Source of the DNA: Bacillota bacterium
GTDB taxonomy: Bacteria; Bacillota; Desulfitobacteriia; Desulfitobacteriales; Desulfitobacteriaceae
Length of the DNA: 26,076 nt
Assembly (NCBI GenBank): GCA_023390635.1
Contig: JAEWCM010000171.1
Span: forward strand, 1 to 26,076
Direction of reading: 5' to 3'
In this document: one piece after another, positions 7,332 to 18,457 of the stretch
How the letters are laid out: each line of letters starts with the position of its first letter
Numbering within the stretch: position 1 is the first letter of the stretch
The notes under the pieces: model-generated
The model's database searches: none
Told to the model about the DNA's origin: nothing
What the model saw: only the letters and a program-made list of their open reading frames with translations
Made by a program: the position numbers and the translations under genes

Positions 7332-8507
7332 TTGAAATATGATTTTGATATGGTGATCGACCGTAGCCGCACCCATTCGGTCAAATGGGACAGTGCGGAA
7401 AAAATATTTAAAGCCCAGGGAATTTTGCCGATGTGGGTGGCGGATATGGATTTTACAGCTCCCCAGCCGGTGATTGAGGCTCTGAAACGAAGAGCGGAAC
7501 ACGGTATTTTCGGATATTCTGATCCAGCCCCTTCCTATTATGAGTCCATTCTTCGCTGGATGAAGTCACGCCATGGATGGGAGTTTCCTTCTGATTGGAT
7601 TGTCTTCAGTCCGGGAGTGGTGCCTGCTTTGTATAACCTCGTAAAAATGCTGACTGAACCGGGAGATCAGGTGATGATCCAGTCCCCGGTTTATCCGCCC
7701 TTTTTTCACGCCGTTGAGAGGAATGGCTGTGTGATTGTTGATAGCCCTTTGGTGATTCGCGGGGGCCGTTACGAGATGAATTTTACCGACATGGAAGAGA
7801 AGCTGGCTTCGGGTGTTAAAGTGTTCATTCTCTGCAATCCCCACAATCCGGTAGGAAGAGTATGGACTGAGGAAGAGCTGAGAGAACTGCTCCGCCTCTG
7901 TCGACGCTATCATGTGGTGGTTTTGTCCGATGAGATTCACGGTGATTTGATCTATCCGGGCCACCGGCATGTTCCTTTGTTGAAAGTGGCAGAAGAGGGG
8001 ATGGCAGATCAGGTGATCGTCTGTACCGCCCCCAGTAAAACCTTCAACCTGGCCGGCCTGCAAACGGCCAATTTGATGGTGCCCAATCCCGCCTACCGGA
8101 GTGCTTTGCGCAAGGTGATGGCCGGAGGGGTCCATGAGCCTAATGCCTTTGGCATTGCCGCTCTGGAAGCCGCCTATACGGAAGGAGAGCCATGGCTTGA
8201 GCAGTTGATCTCCTATCTGCAGGGGAATCTCGACTATATGGAGGAATTTATCAGAGAGCGGATGGATAAAGTGAAAATGTTCAGGCCGGAGGGAACCTAT
8301 CTGGTTTGGCTTGACTTCCGTTCCCTGAAAATGAACGGGGAAGAGCTCCAGGAATTTCTGATCCGGGAATGCCGGGTGGGATTGAATGCCGGGTACACCT
8401 TCGGCCCGGGAGGAGAAGGTTTTGCCCGCGTGAACATTGCCTGCCCCAGGTCTACGCTGCAAGCGGGCCTGGAGCGCCTGGAAAAGGGATTGCACACGAT
8501 TCTCTAA
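7332..8507 (+). CDS. patB: PLP-dependent C-S lyase / aminotransferase class I-II of the PatB/MalY family (cystathionine beta-lyase-like)
   Basis: Family-typical N-terminus MKYDFD-VIDR-THSVKWD, PLP-lysine region TAPSKTFNLAGL, 391 aa. TTG7332 is preceded by AGGAGG (7316-7321, 10-nt spacer). An alternative start is ATG7350. The ORF-track start at 7167 adds 55 aa with no support. Confidence 0.8.
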   Translation: MKYDFDMVIDRSRTHSVKWDSAEKIFKAQGILPMWVADMDFTAPQPVIEALKRRAEHGIFGYSDPAPSYYESILRWMKSRHGWEFPSDWIVFSPGVVPALYNLVKMLTEPGDQVMIQSPVYPPFFHAVERNGCVIVDSPLVIRGGRYEMNFTDMEEKLASGVKVFILCNPHNPVGRVWTEEELRELLRLCRRYHVVVLSDEIHGDLIYPGHRHVPLLKVAEEGMADQVIVCTAPSKTFNLAGLQTANLMVPNPAYRSALRKVMAGGVHEPNAFGIAALEAAYTEGEPWLEQLISYLQGNLDYMEEFIRERMDKVKMFRPEGTYLVWLDFRSLKMNGEELQEFLIRECRVGLNAGYTFGPGGEGFARVNIACPRSTLQAGLERLEKGLHTIL

Positions 8508-8658
8508 ATACAATATCTGTCGGCTTGCAGCTTGATCAGGGCAGCGTCAGTCAGGTTTTATCTTTATAAATCAGAATAAATACCTAAGGGCAGGAAAAGC
8601 TAATTTTTATGAAATATCTGATTTGCTTTCAATGAGTTGGAAAGAGAGGACGATTTAA

Positions 8659-12198
<3,540 letters not shown>

Positions 12199-12301
12199 GC
12201 AGCCCAGGTAATGCGAGGGGCTGGCGCCAAACTATAATTTGTCTGCTTGAGGGAGTGCCGGAGGCAGGCCCAGGATACTCCGCGAGCACGCTAACGCAAC
12301 T

Positions 12302-12394
12302 AAAAAAACGGGATTCAGGCTAACAAGTCAAAACCCTTGGGTCATTCTAAAAGTGAACCTTGACTTGTTTGACGCCTGAACCCCGTTTTTTTTT
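12302..12394. terminator. Bidirectional intrinsic-terminator-like long hairpin: A7 - 12-bp stem (1 mismatch) - 10-bp perfect stem - 28-nt loop - T9. Weaker pairing extends to about 12281-12409.
   Basis: CGGGATTCAGGC (12309-12320) pairs with GCCTGAACCCCG (12374-12385). AACAAGTCAA (12322-12331) pairs with TTGACTTGTT (12360-12369). A-run at 12302-12308 and T-run at 12386-12394. It lies about 100 nt after the nifJ stop. Confidence 0.5.
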
Positions 12395-12506
12395 GACGTT
12401 GCTCTCGCGAATCGCTCACTTGCGTATCCTGTGCCATCAGGGTGTCTCCCCAGTCTATTGAGGTTGTGCTTTGCCGAATTAGACCTACCACTAAAGAGGA
12501 TAATCA

Positions 12507-12658
12507 GGCCCGGTAAAGCAGCATAAGCAGGCCCAGTGCTGATAGATTCAGCGCTAAGCGGAGCAGGAGGCGGAGCGCGGCCTTTAGCGCCATGGAGGGC
12601 GCTATGGCCGAAAAGCGAATCTATCAGCTCTGGGCCGACTTGCATAGGTTGCCGGGCC
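12507..12658. other. 152-bp GC-rich imperfect palindrome. Candidate structured ncRNA (6S-like rod with central bubble) or MITE-like element.
   Basis: Outer stem GGCCCGG (12507-12513) / CCGGGCC (12652-12658). Asymmetric internal loop 16/15 nt. 20-bp stem (12530-12549 / 12617-12636) with a single T-T mismatch. 67-nt apical region with its own hairpin (GGCCTTTAGCGCC / GGCGCTATGGCC). About 65% GC, clearly above the roughly 48% window average (both values estimated by eye, not computed). No credible ORF. Confidence 0.35.
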
Positions 12659-12686
12659 GACAATAATTAAAGTTTTTGCGTCAGCC

Positions 12687-12902
12687 TCATTTTTGGTTAT
12701 CATCCACCCATTCCTTGGCATTAATGGTTTCGAAAAGGCCGGGTATGCCGATCAGGGATTCAGGCCTGACCGTTTCGATATCTGCCCAGGCGGCGGTGGT
12801 ATGATTTTCAATCGGCTCGGAAGCCAGAGGCCCTTTGGCCTCCTTGTCCGCACTGGAGTTTTTCTGCTTTTGGTTCAATGGATCAGGAAAATGTTTGTCC
12901 AT
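12687..12902 (-). CDS. Hypothetical small protein (71 aa, acidic C-terminus)
   Basis: ATG12902 is preceded by AGGAGGG with a 6-nt spacer. It lies directly downstream of the Arc-like gene on the same strand. No family recognised. Confidence 0.45.
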   Translation of the reverse strand: MDKHFPDPLNQKQKNSSADKEAKGPLASEPIENHTTAAWADIETVRPESLIGIPGLFETINAKEWVDDNQK

Positions 12903-12930
12903 ACTAATCCCTCCTGGAATTAGTATGGAC
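12897..12930 (-). promoter_or_regulatory. Perfect 12-bp inverted repeat GTCCATACTAAT / ATTAGTATGGAC. The 10-nt spacer is the SD of the small gene. The downstream arm contains its ATG.
   Basis: Read directly from the sequence. The hairpin would place the SD in the loop and the start codon in the stem. Alternatively it is an operator for the adjacent Arc-like RHH protein. Confidence 0.4.
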
Positions 12931-12965
12931 ATTTTTAATTTCCTTATGACAACATTTAGCAGTGA

Positions 12966-13151
12966 TCAATCCTGGGCAGGTGAGGGTTCTGCCTTTTCTC
13001 CTTTGCCCAGTCGGTTGGCTTTGCGCAGGGCATCACGGAGGAGAAATTCAATGTGGGCGTTAACACTTCTCAGTTCATCGTCGGCCCATTTTTCCAGAGC
13101 GGAGTAGATGGCAGGATCAAGGCGCAGCGGGAACTGTTTTTTCGCTGACAT
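12966..13151 (-). CDS. Arc/MetJ-type ribbon-helix-helix DNA-binding protein (Arc-like repressor domain)
   Basis: 61 aa. FPLRLDPAIYSALEKWADDELRSVNAHIEFLLRDAL matches the Arc-like RHH pattern. SD AGGAG lies 5 nt before the ATG. It starts 8 nt after the SPFH gene stop. Confidence 0.7.
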   Translation of the reverse strand: MSAKKQFPLRLDPAIYSALEKWADDELRSVNAHIEFLLRDALRKANRLGKGEKAEPSPAQD

Positions 13152-13159
13152 AACGGCTC

Positions 13160-14023
13160 CTAATAAAGAGACCCTGAGTTAATCACAGGTTGAGCGGAGC
13201 GTTCGGAAACGATAGCCACCAGCAGATTGTTGACCATGGCGGCTTTCCGCTCTTCGTCCAGCTTGACTGTGCCGTCTTTTTCCAGGTTCTCGATGGCCAT
13301 ATGCACCATGCCCACGGCTCCCTCCACAATTTTTTGCCGGGCGGCCAGAATGGCGTCGGCTTGCTGGCGCTGCAGCATGGCTCCGGCAATTTCCGTTGAG
13401 TAGGCCAGATGGGTAAGGCGGGCCTCCAGCACCTCCACACCGGCAATCTGTAAACGTTCCTGTAATTCACCGGCCAGTTCCTTAGCAATCTCCTCCGCAT
13501 TCCCCCGCAAGGACATCGAAGATTCATTTTCAAAGCTGTCATAAGGGTAACGGCTGGATACGTGGCGCAAAGCGGTTTCACTTTGGATTTCCACAAATTC
13601 GCCGTACTTTTCCACGTCAAAGATTGCCTTAGCCGTGTCTATAACCCGGTAAACGACAACAGTGGCGATCTCAATCGGGTTGCCTTCCACATCATTTACT
13701 TTCAGCGTTTTGCTGTTAAAATTGCTCACTCTGAGGGAAACTCCTTTACGCAGAGAAAACGGCAGGGTAAACCATAATCCCGCTTCTCGGATCGTTCCCT
13801 TATAGCTGCCGAAGAACATCACGACTACAGCCTTGTTGGGTTGGACAATGGAGATTCCGGTCAACAGGATAACACCAATGATTGCCAAGGCGATTCCGGC
13901 AATCAAAATGGCAGGCGTTGATTCTTCAAACTGAGCTGCCAGGGCACAGCCACCGATAATTAGGGCTAGTGACAGGATAAAAACGAGGAATCCATTCACC
14001 TTCCATGCTTTTCTTTCTACCAT
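13160..14023 (-). CDS. SPFH/band-7 (stomatin/prohibitin/flotillin-like) membrane protein
   Basis: N-terminal TM anchor followed by an SPFH core ([30 protein letters not shown]...), and a C-terminal coiled-coil region with an A/Q-rich stretch. SD AGGAGG lies upstream of ATG14023. Confidence 0.85.
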   Translation of the reverse strand: MVERKAWKVNGFLVFILSLALIIGGCALAAQFEESTPAILIAGIALAIIGVILLTGISIVQPNKAVVVMFFGSYKGTIREAGLWFTLPFSLRKGVSLRVSNFNSKTLKVNDVEGNPIEIATVVVYRVIDTAKAIFDVEKYGEFVEIQSETALRHVSSRYPYDSFENESSMSLRGNAEEIAKELAGELQERLQIAGVEVLEARLTHLAYSTEIAGAMLQRQQADAILAARQKIVEGAVGMVHMAIENLEKDGTVKLDEERKAAMVNNLLVAIVSERSAQPVINSGSLY

Positions 14024-14058
14024 AATTCTATTCCTCCTTTATGTAATGTTATATTCAA

Positions 14059-14079
14059 ATGATATCATATTTATATCAT
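14059..14079. promoter_or_regulatory. Perfect 10-bp palindrome ATGATATCAT (14059-14068) plus a second ATATCAT copy (14073-14079) in the SPFH-arc operon promoter region
   Basis: Read directly from the sequence. Candidate binding site for the operon-encoded Arc-like RHH protein (RHH proteins bind short tandem/inverted repeats). Confidence 0.3.
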
Positions 14080-14129
14080 GTTGGCAAACGAGGTTTAATT
14101 TTAAAAGAAAACAATAGGAGTAAATAAAG

Positions 14130-14167
14130 AAAAATACAAAAAAGAGGTTGCTGGACAACAACCTCTT
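14130..14167 (-). terminator. Rho-independent terminator of the AT-rich islet (9-bp stem AAGAGGTTG / CAACCTCTT, 8-nt loop, U-run)
   Basis: Minus-strand transcript reads hairpin then TTTTTGTATTTT (plus strand 14130-14141). It lies 23 nt after the stop of the 14190-14897 gene. Confidence 0.6.
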
Positions 14168-14189
14168 AGATGATAAATTATGTGATAGG

Positions 14190-14897
14190 TTAAGCAATTT
14201 TGAAATAGATTTGTTCTTGCTGACGGGGAAGGTAATAAAATCCGTTTTGTTTTTCCGTGTGATCGCCGAATTCACTGATTTCAAAAGAGGTGTTCAGCAG
14301 TTTATTAGCTGTTTTTATAAGGGGAATAGAGAGAGGGTTGAGGAGAATGGAGTGATTTTGGTGAAATAAGGAATGAGGGACATAAGACATATCCGGTTCT
14401 GCACTCAATATGCTCCAAAGCTCAAGAGGGGCTGCTTCTGGAATTAAAGTCCGACTGATGTAAAAAAGACGGTTGATTTGTTCCAACAAAAACTCACTAT
14501 GCCAAAACTTGTTGGGGAAATCGAAAAATACCCGAATAGGTACTTTATCCACGGTGGGATCAAGGGCATAATTAGAGAGGCATTCAAGAAAGGTGTGCAT
14601 GCGGGGAAGATAGTCACAGGCTGCATAATAAATGCCGGGTTTATCAGGAGCCGTTACCCAACTCAGATCAGATGAATAGGGGTGGATATGCGCTATCGGC
14701 GTACGCTCTGAACTGTTGTGCCAAAGATGTTTAGGATGATCGGTCAGGACGACATTAATAAAACTCGTTCCGCTGAATTCTTTGGTTTGCAGCAAAGACC
14801 AGATGAGTCTGCTTTTTCCTATGCCTGCTGCGCCAAGCATTAAATGGTTGCCAGAAACAAACCCTTTAAAAGGCTGAACATCATGCTCCATATCCAT
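14190..14897 (-). CDS. P-loop (Walker A GAAGIGKS) protein, sulfotransferase-like or small kinase-like; function unknown
   Basis: N-terminal motif LMLGAAGIGKSRLIWSLL resembles a PAPS/NTP-binding loop. Downstream VVLTDHPKHLWHNSS resembles the sulfotransferase RDP-type region. Low-GC gene (about 40%). The start may be ATG14891 (better SD spacing). Confidence 0.5.
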   Translation of the reverse strand: MDMEHDVQPFKGFVSGNHLMLGAAGIGKSRLIWSLLQTKEFSGTSFINVVLTDHPKHLWHNSSERTPIAHIHPYSSDLSWVTAPDKPGIYYAACDYLPRMHTFLECLSNYALDPTVDKVPIRVFFDFPNKFWHSEFLLEQINRLFYISRTLIPEAAPLELWSILSAEPDMSYVPHSLFHQNHSILLNPLSIPLIKTANKLLNTSFEISEFGDHTEKQNGFYYLPRQQEQIYFKIA

Positions 14898-15035
14898 TAC
14901 TCCCTCTCTTTATTTATTTTCCGGTACAAAATAACCTTTAAATAAGGGTTCTCCGTAAAAACAAGATTCCCTCCTTTCATTGCAGAAGATCAATATGGTT
15001 TTATTTTCCATAGTCTAAAGGCTCCATTTCTTTAT

Positions 15036-15659
15036 TTAATCAAGTCGTTCTAAAGGAAATTTAGATTCAATGCGGGAAAAAAGATCAATTTTCTCTGTTT
15101 GGAAATAATGTAATATATTTTCCTTTTCTTCAGCTTCTACATGAGCAATGGGATATGCCTTATGATCTTTTACGCCATCCCATTTCATAAAAATCAGCTG
15201 TTGAAAATCCTTATGCAAAATGGGGTCATTATATTGCAGGGCGATAACGATAAAGTATCCGTGCGCGCTCCCTGTTCCTTCCAAACTGACAGCATTCAGA
15301 TTAAGTTTGATGGATAACTCGGCAACGGTTCCTTGGGGAATGTCATTAACCAGAGTATGCTGATCATCATGAATCGGTTTTGTCTTTAAGTTTTGGTCAA
15401 AGACCAGTGTTTTGTCCCAGAGATTAAGGGCAGGGTGGATACCTACATTGTTGAACTTAAAATTTATATTGACTTCGTTGGATATACTGATATAAGGAGA
15501 TTCTTTGAATGTGAAATATGGCCGGGAAGATTCTCTTTCTTCCCGCCATGAAGATAAGGTAATATAAACACTAAGGAGAGACACTACGGCCAGCGTAATC
15601 GAAGCTAGCGTAGCCATAATATTAATCCAATAGCTGGATTTTTCTTTATGCTCAGCCAT
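15036..15659 (-). CDS. Hypothetical membrane-anchored protein (single N-terminal TM, extracytoplasmic domain of unknown function)
   Basis: ATG15659 (MAEHKEK...) is preceded by AGGAGG with a 6-nt spacer. The ORF-track start at 15680 lies upstream of that SD. Low GC. No recognisable family. Confidence 0.5.
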   Translation of the reverse strand: MAEHKEKSSYWINIMATLASITLAVVSLLSVYITLSSWREERESSRPYFTFKESPYISISNEVNINFKFNNVGIHPALNLWDKTLVFDQNLKTKPIHDDQHTLVNDIPQGTVAELSIKLNLNAVSLEGTGSAHGYFIVIALQYNDPILHKDFQQLIFMKWDGVKDHKAYPIAHVEAEEKENILHYFQTEKIDLFSRIESKFPLERLD

Positions 15660-15738
15660 GAAGCTCCTCCTAATAATCATTAAAAATGAAGGGTGAAGTT
15701 ATTAAAACTCTGGATGGAAAAATCTGTGGTAGAACAGT

Positions 15739-15767
15739 TTGATAAAAATTTATATAATATTATAAAA
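15739..15767 (+). promoter_or_regulatory. Sigma-A-type promoter candidate: TTGATA (15739-15744), 17-nt spacer, TATAAA (15762-15767); for the ACT/UPF0210 operon
   Basis: Hexamers and spacing read directly from the sequence. About 70 nt upstream of the ACT gene start. Confidence 0.35.
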
Positions 15768-15837
15768 TATCTTGTAGGTTAATCAGGATTGTGCTAGTCT
15801 ATTGTTCATAATTAAAATGTCTACATAGGAAGGAAGA

Positions 15838-16128
15838 ATGATCATGTCAAGTGGAACTAACCGGGGAATCGTTACAGTCTTAGGTTTGGATCAAATCGGA
15901 ATTATTGCTTGGGTGTCACAAAGATTAGCTGATTATAAAATCAATATTTTAGATATCAGCCAAACCATTGTGGATCAATATTTTACGATGATTATGGTGG
16001 TGGATTTCGGTGCTTCCGCCATTGAACTGGCCGATGTATCCAAAGCATTGGAGGATGAAGGAATCAAACGGGGTTTACAGATCAAAGTGCAGCACGAAGA
16101 CGTTTTCCGCTTTATGCATCGAATTTAA
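15838..16128 (+). CDS. ACT-domain protein, UPF0237 family
   Basis: IVTVLGLDQIGIIAWVSQRLADYKINILDISQT...FTMIMVVDF has the ACT-fold pattern. About 95 aa. The start may be the second ATG (15844). Conserved partner of the downstream UPF0210 gene. Confidence 0.8.
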   Translation: MIMSSGTNRGIVTVLGLDQIGIIAWVSQRLADYKINILDISQTIVDQYFTMIMVVDFGASAIELADVSKALEDEGIKRGLQIKVQHEDVFRFMHRI

Positions 16129-16148
16129 CTTAAGTGAGGTAAGAGATA

Positions 16149-17516
16149 ATGGGTATAGACTTTTCATCAACTGAAGTGCTACAGACCATTAAAATGGTAC
16201 AGGATGAGAATTTAGACATTCGCACCATTACTATGGGAATCAGTTTGCTTGATTGCAGCAGCGAAGACATCGAGAAAATGGAGCAGAAAATTTACGATAA
16301 AATTACTTCTTATGCTTCCCGTTTGGTAGAGGTAGGGGAGCAATTAACGGGCCGTTTTGGAATTCCCATTATCAATAAGCGGATCTCTGTCACGCCGATT
16401 GGGATTGTAGGCGCTCATCTTAATCAAGAAGGCTTTGTCAGAATCGCTAAAACTTTGGATAGAGCCGCTCAAACCGTAGGGGTAAATTTTATCGGCGGCT
16501 TTTCTGCCCTGGTGCAAAAGGGCTTTACCAAAGGGGATGAAGAACTGTTGAAAGCCATTCCCCAGGCGCTGGCGGAGACTGAAGTGGTCTGTTCTTCCAT
16601 TAATGTTGGGTCTACCAAGGCAGGTATCAATATGGATGCAGTGAGAATGATGGGTGAGGTTATTTTAGAATCTGCCCGCCGCACTGCAGAGCGGGATGGA
16701 ATTGGTGCTGCTAAGCTGGTGGTATTCTGCAATGCTCCGGAAGACAATCCGTTTATGGCCGGAGCTTTTCATGGCGTAGGTGAACCTGAATGTGTTCTGA
16801 ACGTTGGGGTCAGTGGTCCGGGAGTGGTGGCACATGTGGTTAAGAATAATCCTGATGCGGATTTTGGTCAGCTCTCCAGTCTGATTAAACGGACGGCTTT
16901 TAAAATTACCCGTATGGGTGAATTAATCGGCCGGATGGCTTCAAGCGAATTAAATGTTCCTTTCGGCATCGTGGATCTTTCTTTGGCGCCTACACCGGCG
17001 ATTGGGGACAGTGTGGCGGAAATTCTGGAAGGAATGGGCTTGGAACGCTGCGGTACTCATGGCACGACGGCTGCTTTAGCCCTTCTCAATGATGCGGTGA
17101 AAAAAGGCGGGGCGATGGCTACTTCTCATGTGGGGGGGCTGAGCGGTGCCTTCATTCCTGTTTCGGAAGATGCGGGGATGATCAGAGCTGTGGAAGAGGG
17201 TGCCCTGATTTTAGATAAACTGGAGGCCATGACCTGTGTCTGCTCTGTAGGATTAGATATGATCGCCGTACCCGGGGACATTACAGCTGAAACCATATCT
17301 GCGATCATTGCCGATGAAATGGCGATTGGAATGATTAATAAGAAAACAACTGCTGTTCGTTTAATTCCCGCGATCGGAAAGAAGACAGGAGAGCGTTTGG
17401 AATTCGGTGGATTGTTAGGCGGAGCACCGGTCATGAAAATTCATCCTTTCTCTTCAGCCCAGTTTATCAAGCGGGGAGGAAGAATTCCGGCTCCTATTAC
17501 CAGTCTCTCAAATTAA
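16149..17516 (+). CDS. UPF0210 (DUF711) family protein
   Basis: 455 aa. N-terminus [31 protein letters not shown] is characteristic of UPF0210. Gly-rich core. Sits in the canonical position after the ACT/UPF0237 gene. Confidence 0.8.
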   Translation: MGIDFSSTEVLQTIKMVQDENLDIRTITMGISLLDCSSEDIEKMEQKIYDKITSYASRLVEVGEQLTGRFGIPIINKRISVTPIGIVGAHLNQEGFVRIAKTLDRAAQTVGVNFIGGFSALVQKGFTKGDEELLKAIPQALAETEVVCSSINVGSTKAGINMDAVRMMGEVILESARRTAERDGIGAAKLVVFCNAPEDNPFMAGAFHGVGEPECVLNVGVSGPGVVAHVVKNNPDADFGQLSSLIKRTAFKITRMGELIGRMASSELNVPFGIVDLSLAPTPAIGDSVAEILEGMGLERCGTHGTTAALALLNDAVKKGGAMATSHVGGLSGAFIPVSEDAGMIRAVEEGALILDKLEAMTCVCSVGLDMIAVPGDITAETISAIIADEMAIGMINKKTTAVRLIPAIGKKTGERLEFGGLLGGAPVMKIHPFSSAQFIKRGGRIPAPITSLSN

Positions 17517-17619
17517 CTGACATTATAAATTTCCCTTCCTGATTATTTCAATGCATGATTGGCATAGATTTTTCACATCCTAAGATTGGGTCAAAAATTA
17601 CCCAGGGAGGTTGGAAGGT

Positions 17620-17982
17620 GTGGAAAATAAATTAAAGTGTAATGCAGGTTCGTGTGTCTACAACTATAATCAGTTATGCAGTGCCAATGAAATCAAAGTG
17701 CAAGGGCCCAATACCCATGATGGAGACAATACCTTTTGCGGAACGTATGAAAACCGGGGAGCAGGCAGTTTTGTTTCCAGTATAGGAAATACTAATTTTT
17801 CCGGTGCATTAAGTGAAGTCACAGGCGGAGAAAATTCCATGGCTCCCAGTGTTTCCTGCTCTGCCCATCACTGTACTTACAATCAGGAGGAAAAATGTCA
17901 GGCATCTGCGGTACAAATTCTCGGTTTTAATTCAGACTCTGCCAAAGGGACGGAGTGTCAAACCTTCCATCCTGAAAACTAA
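17620..17982 (+). CDS. DUF1540-domain protein with two tandem Cys-rich DUF1540 repeats
   Basis: Repeat 1 KCNAGSCVYNYNQLCSANEIKVQG...TFCGTYE. Repeat 2 VSCSAHHCTYNQEEKCQASAVQILG...TECQTFHPEN. GTG17620 has a 9-nt spacing from GGGAGG (17605-17610). TTG17611 abuts the SD. Confidence 0.7.
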   Translation: MENKLKCNAGSCVYNYNQLCSANEIKVQGPNTHDGDNTFCGTYENRGAGSFVSSIGNTNFSGALSEVTGGENSMAPSVSCSAHHCTYNQEEKCQASAVQILGFNSDSAKGTECQTFHPEN

Positions 17983-17995
17983 TTACGTTTGTCTT

Positions 17996-18036
17996 AAAAT
18001 AAGAAACTCAGGCGAATGACCTGAGTTTCTTATTTT
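17996..18036. terminator. Bidirectional rho-independent terminator: perfect 17-bp stem AAAATAAGAAACTCAGG / CCTGAGTTTCTTATTTT with a 7-nt loop
   Basis: Read directly from the sequence. Lies between the two convergent DUF1540 genes, A-rich on the left and T-rich on the right. Confidence 0.8.
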
Positions 18037-18070
18037 ATAATTTTCTTATTTAAATTTAAAAGCTTAACAC

Positions 18071-18229
18071 TTATTTAGGTTCAAAGGTTGCACAATCAGT
18101 CATTTCAATCGATTGAGCATCGGGAGACTGGACTTCAATGGATTGGGCATGACAGTGGTTGGAATGGTTGTAGGTGCATGTATTTACTACACATTTTACT
18201 CCTTCAAGGGGCTTGCCTTCTGTTTGCAT
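18071..18229 (-). CDS. Small single-domain DUF1540 protein (52 aa)
   Basis: VKCVVNTCTYNHSNHCHAQSIEVQSP...TDCATFEPK. ATG18229 is preceded by AGGAGG with an 8-nt spacer. The ORF-track upstream extension lacks an SD. Confidence 0.65.
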   Translation of the reverse strand: MQTEGKPLEGVKCVVNTCTYNHSNHCHAQSIEVQSPDAQSIEMTDCATFEPK

Positions 18230-18457
18230 TATAATACCTCCTAAATTTTTATGGTGAAAAACTACTTTTAGATTAACCACAGAGAGGAAAAATAGTCTGG
18301 GATATTTTTCCTCAATTTATTAAATTGGGTTTTTGTTTGGCTTTATTGTTAAATTTCATGATTAGGGAGAGGGCAGAGGGAAGGATTGAAGGAATTTGCA
18401 CTAAGAAAGCAGAAGTAATACCCATGAAATTAAAGTTGTCATGAAGGAAGAAAATAG

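Noticed and set aside
7566-8513. 315-aa minus-strand ORF
   Set aside because: Entirely antisense to the well-supported patB-like CDS. H/G/P/R-rich composition typical of the reverse frame of coding DNA. No SD and no recognisable domain.
8508-8658. Possible terminator between patB and nifJ (CTGATCAGG...GTCAGTCAGG direct/inverted fragments)
   Set aside because: Only 4-6 bp of complementarity and no convincing hairpin plus T-run. The region more likely holds only the nifJ promoter.
12328-12663. 111-aa minus-strand ORF in the nifJ downstream region
   Set aside because: Low-complexity A/P/G-rich translation, no SD. It spans the structured GC-rich palindrome and the long hairpin. Better explained as non-coding structured DNA/RNA.
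17540-17560. Possible sigma-K-type -10 (CATAGATTT) upstream of the tandem DUF1540 gene
   Set aside because: Does not match CATANNNTA at the last two positions, and no AC -35 at the right spacing. Not reportable without expression data.
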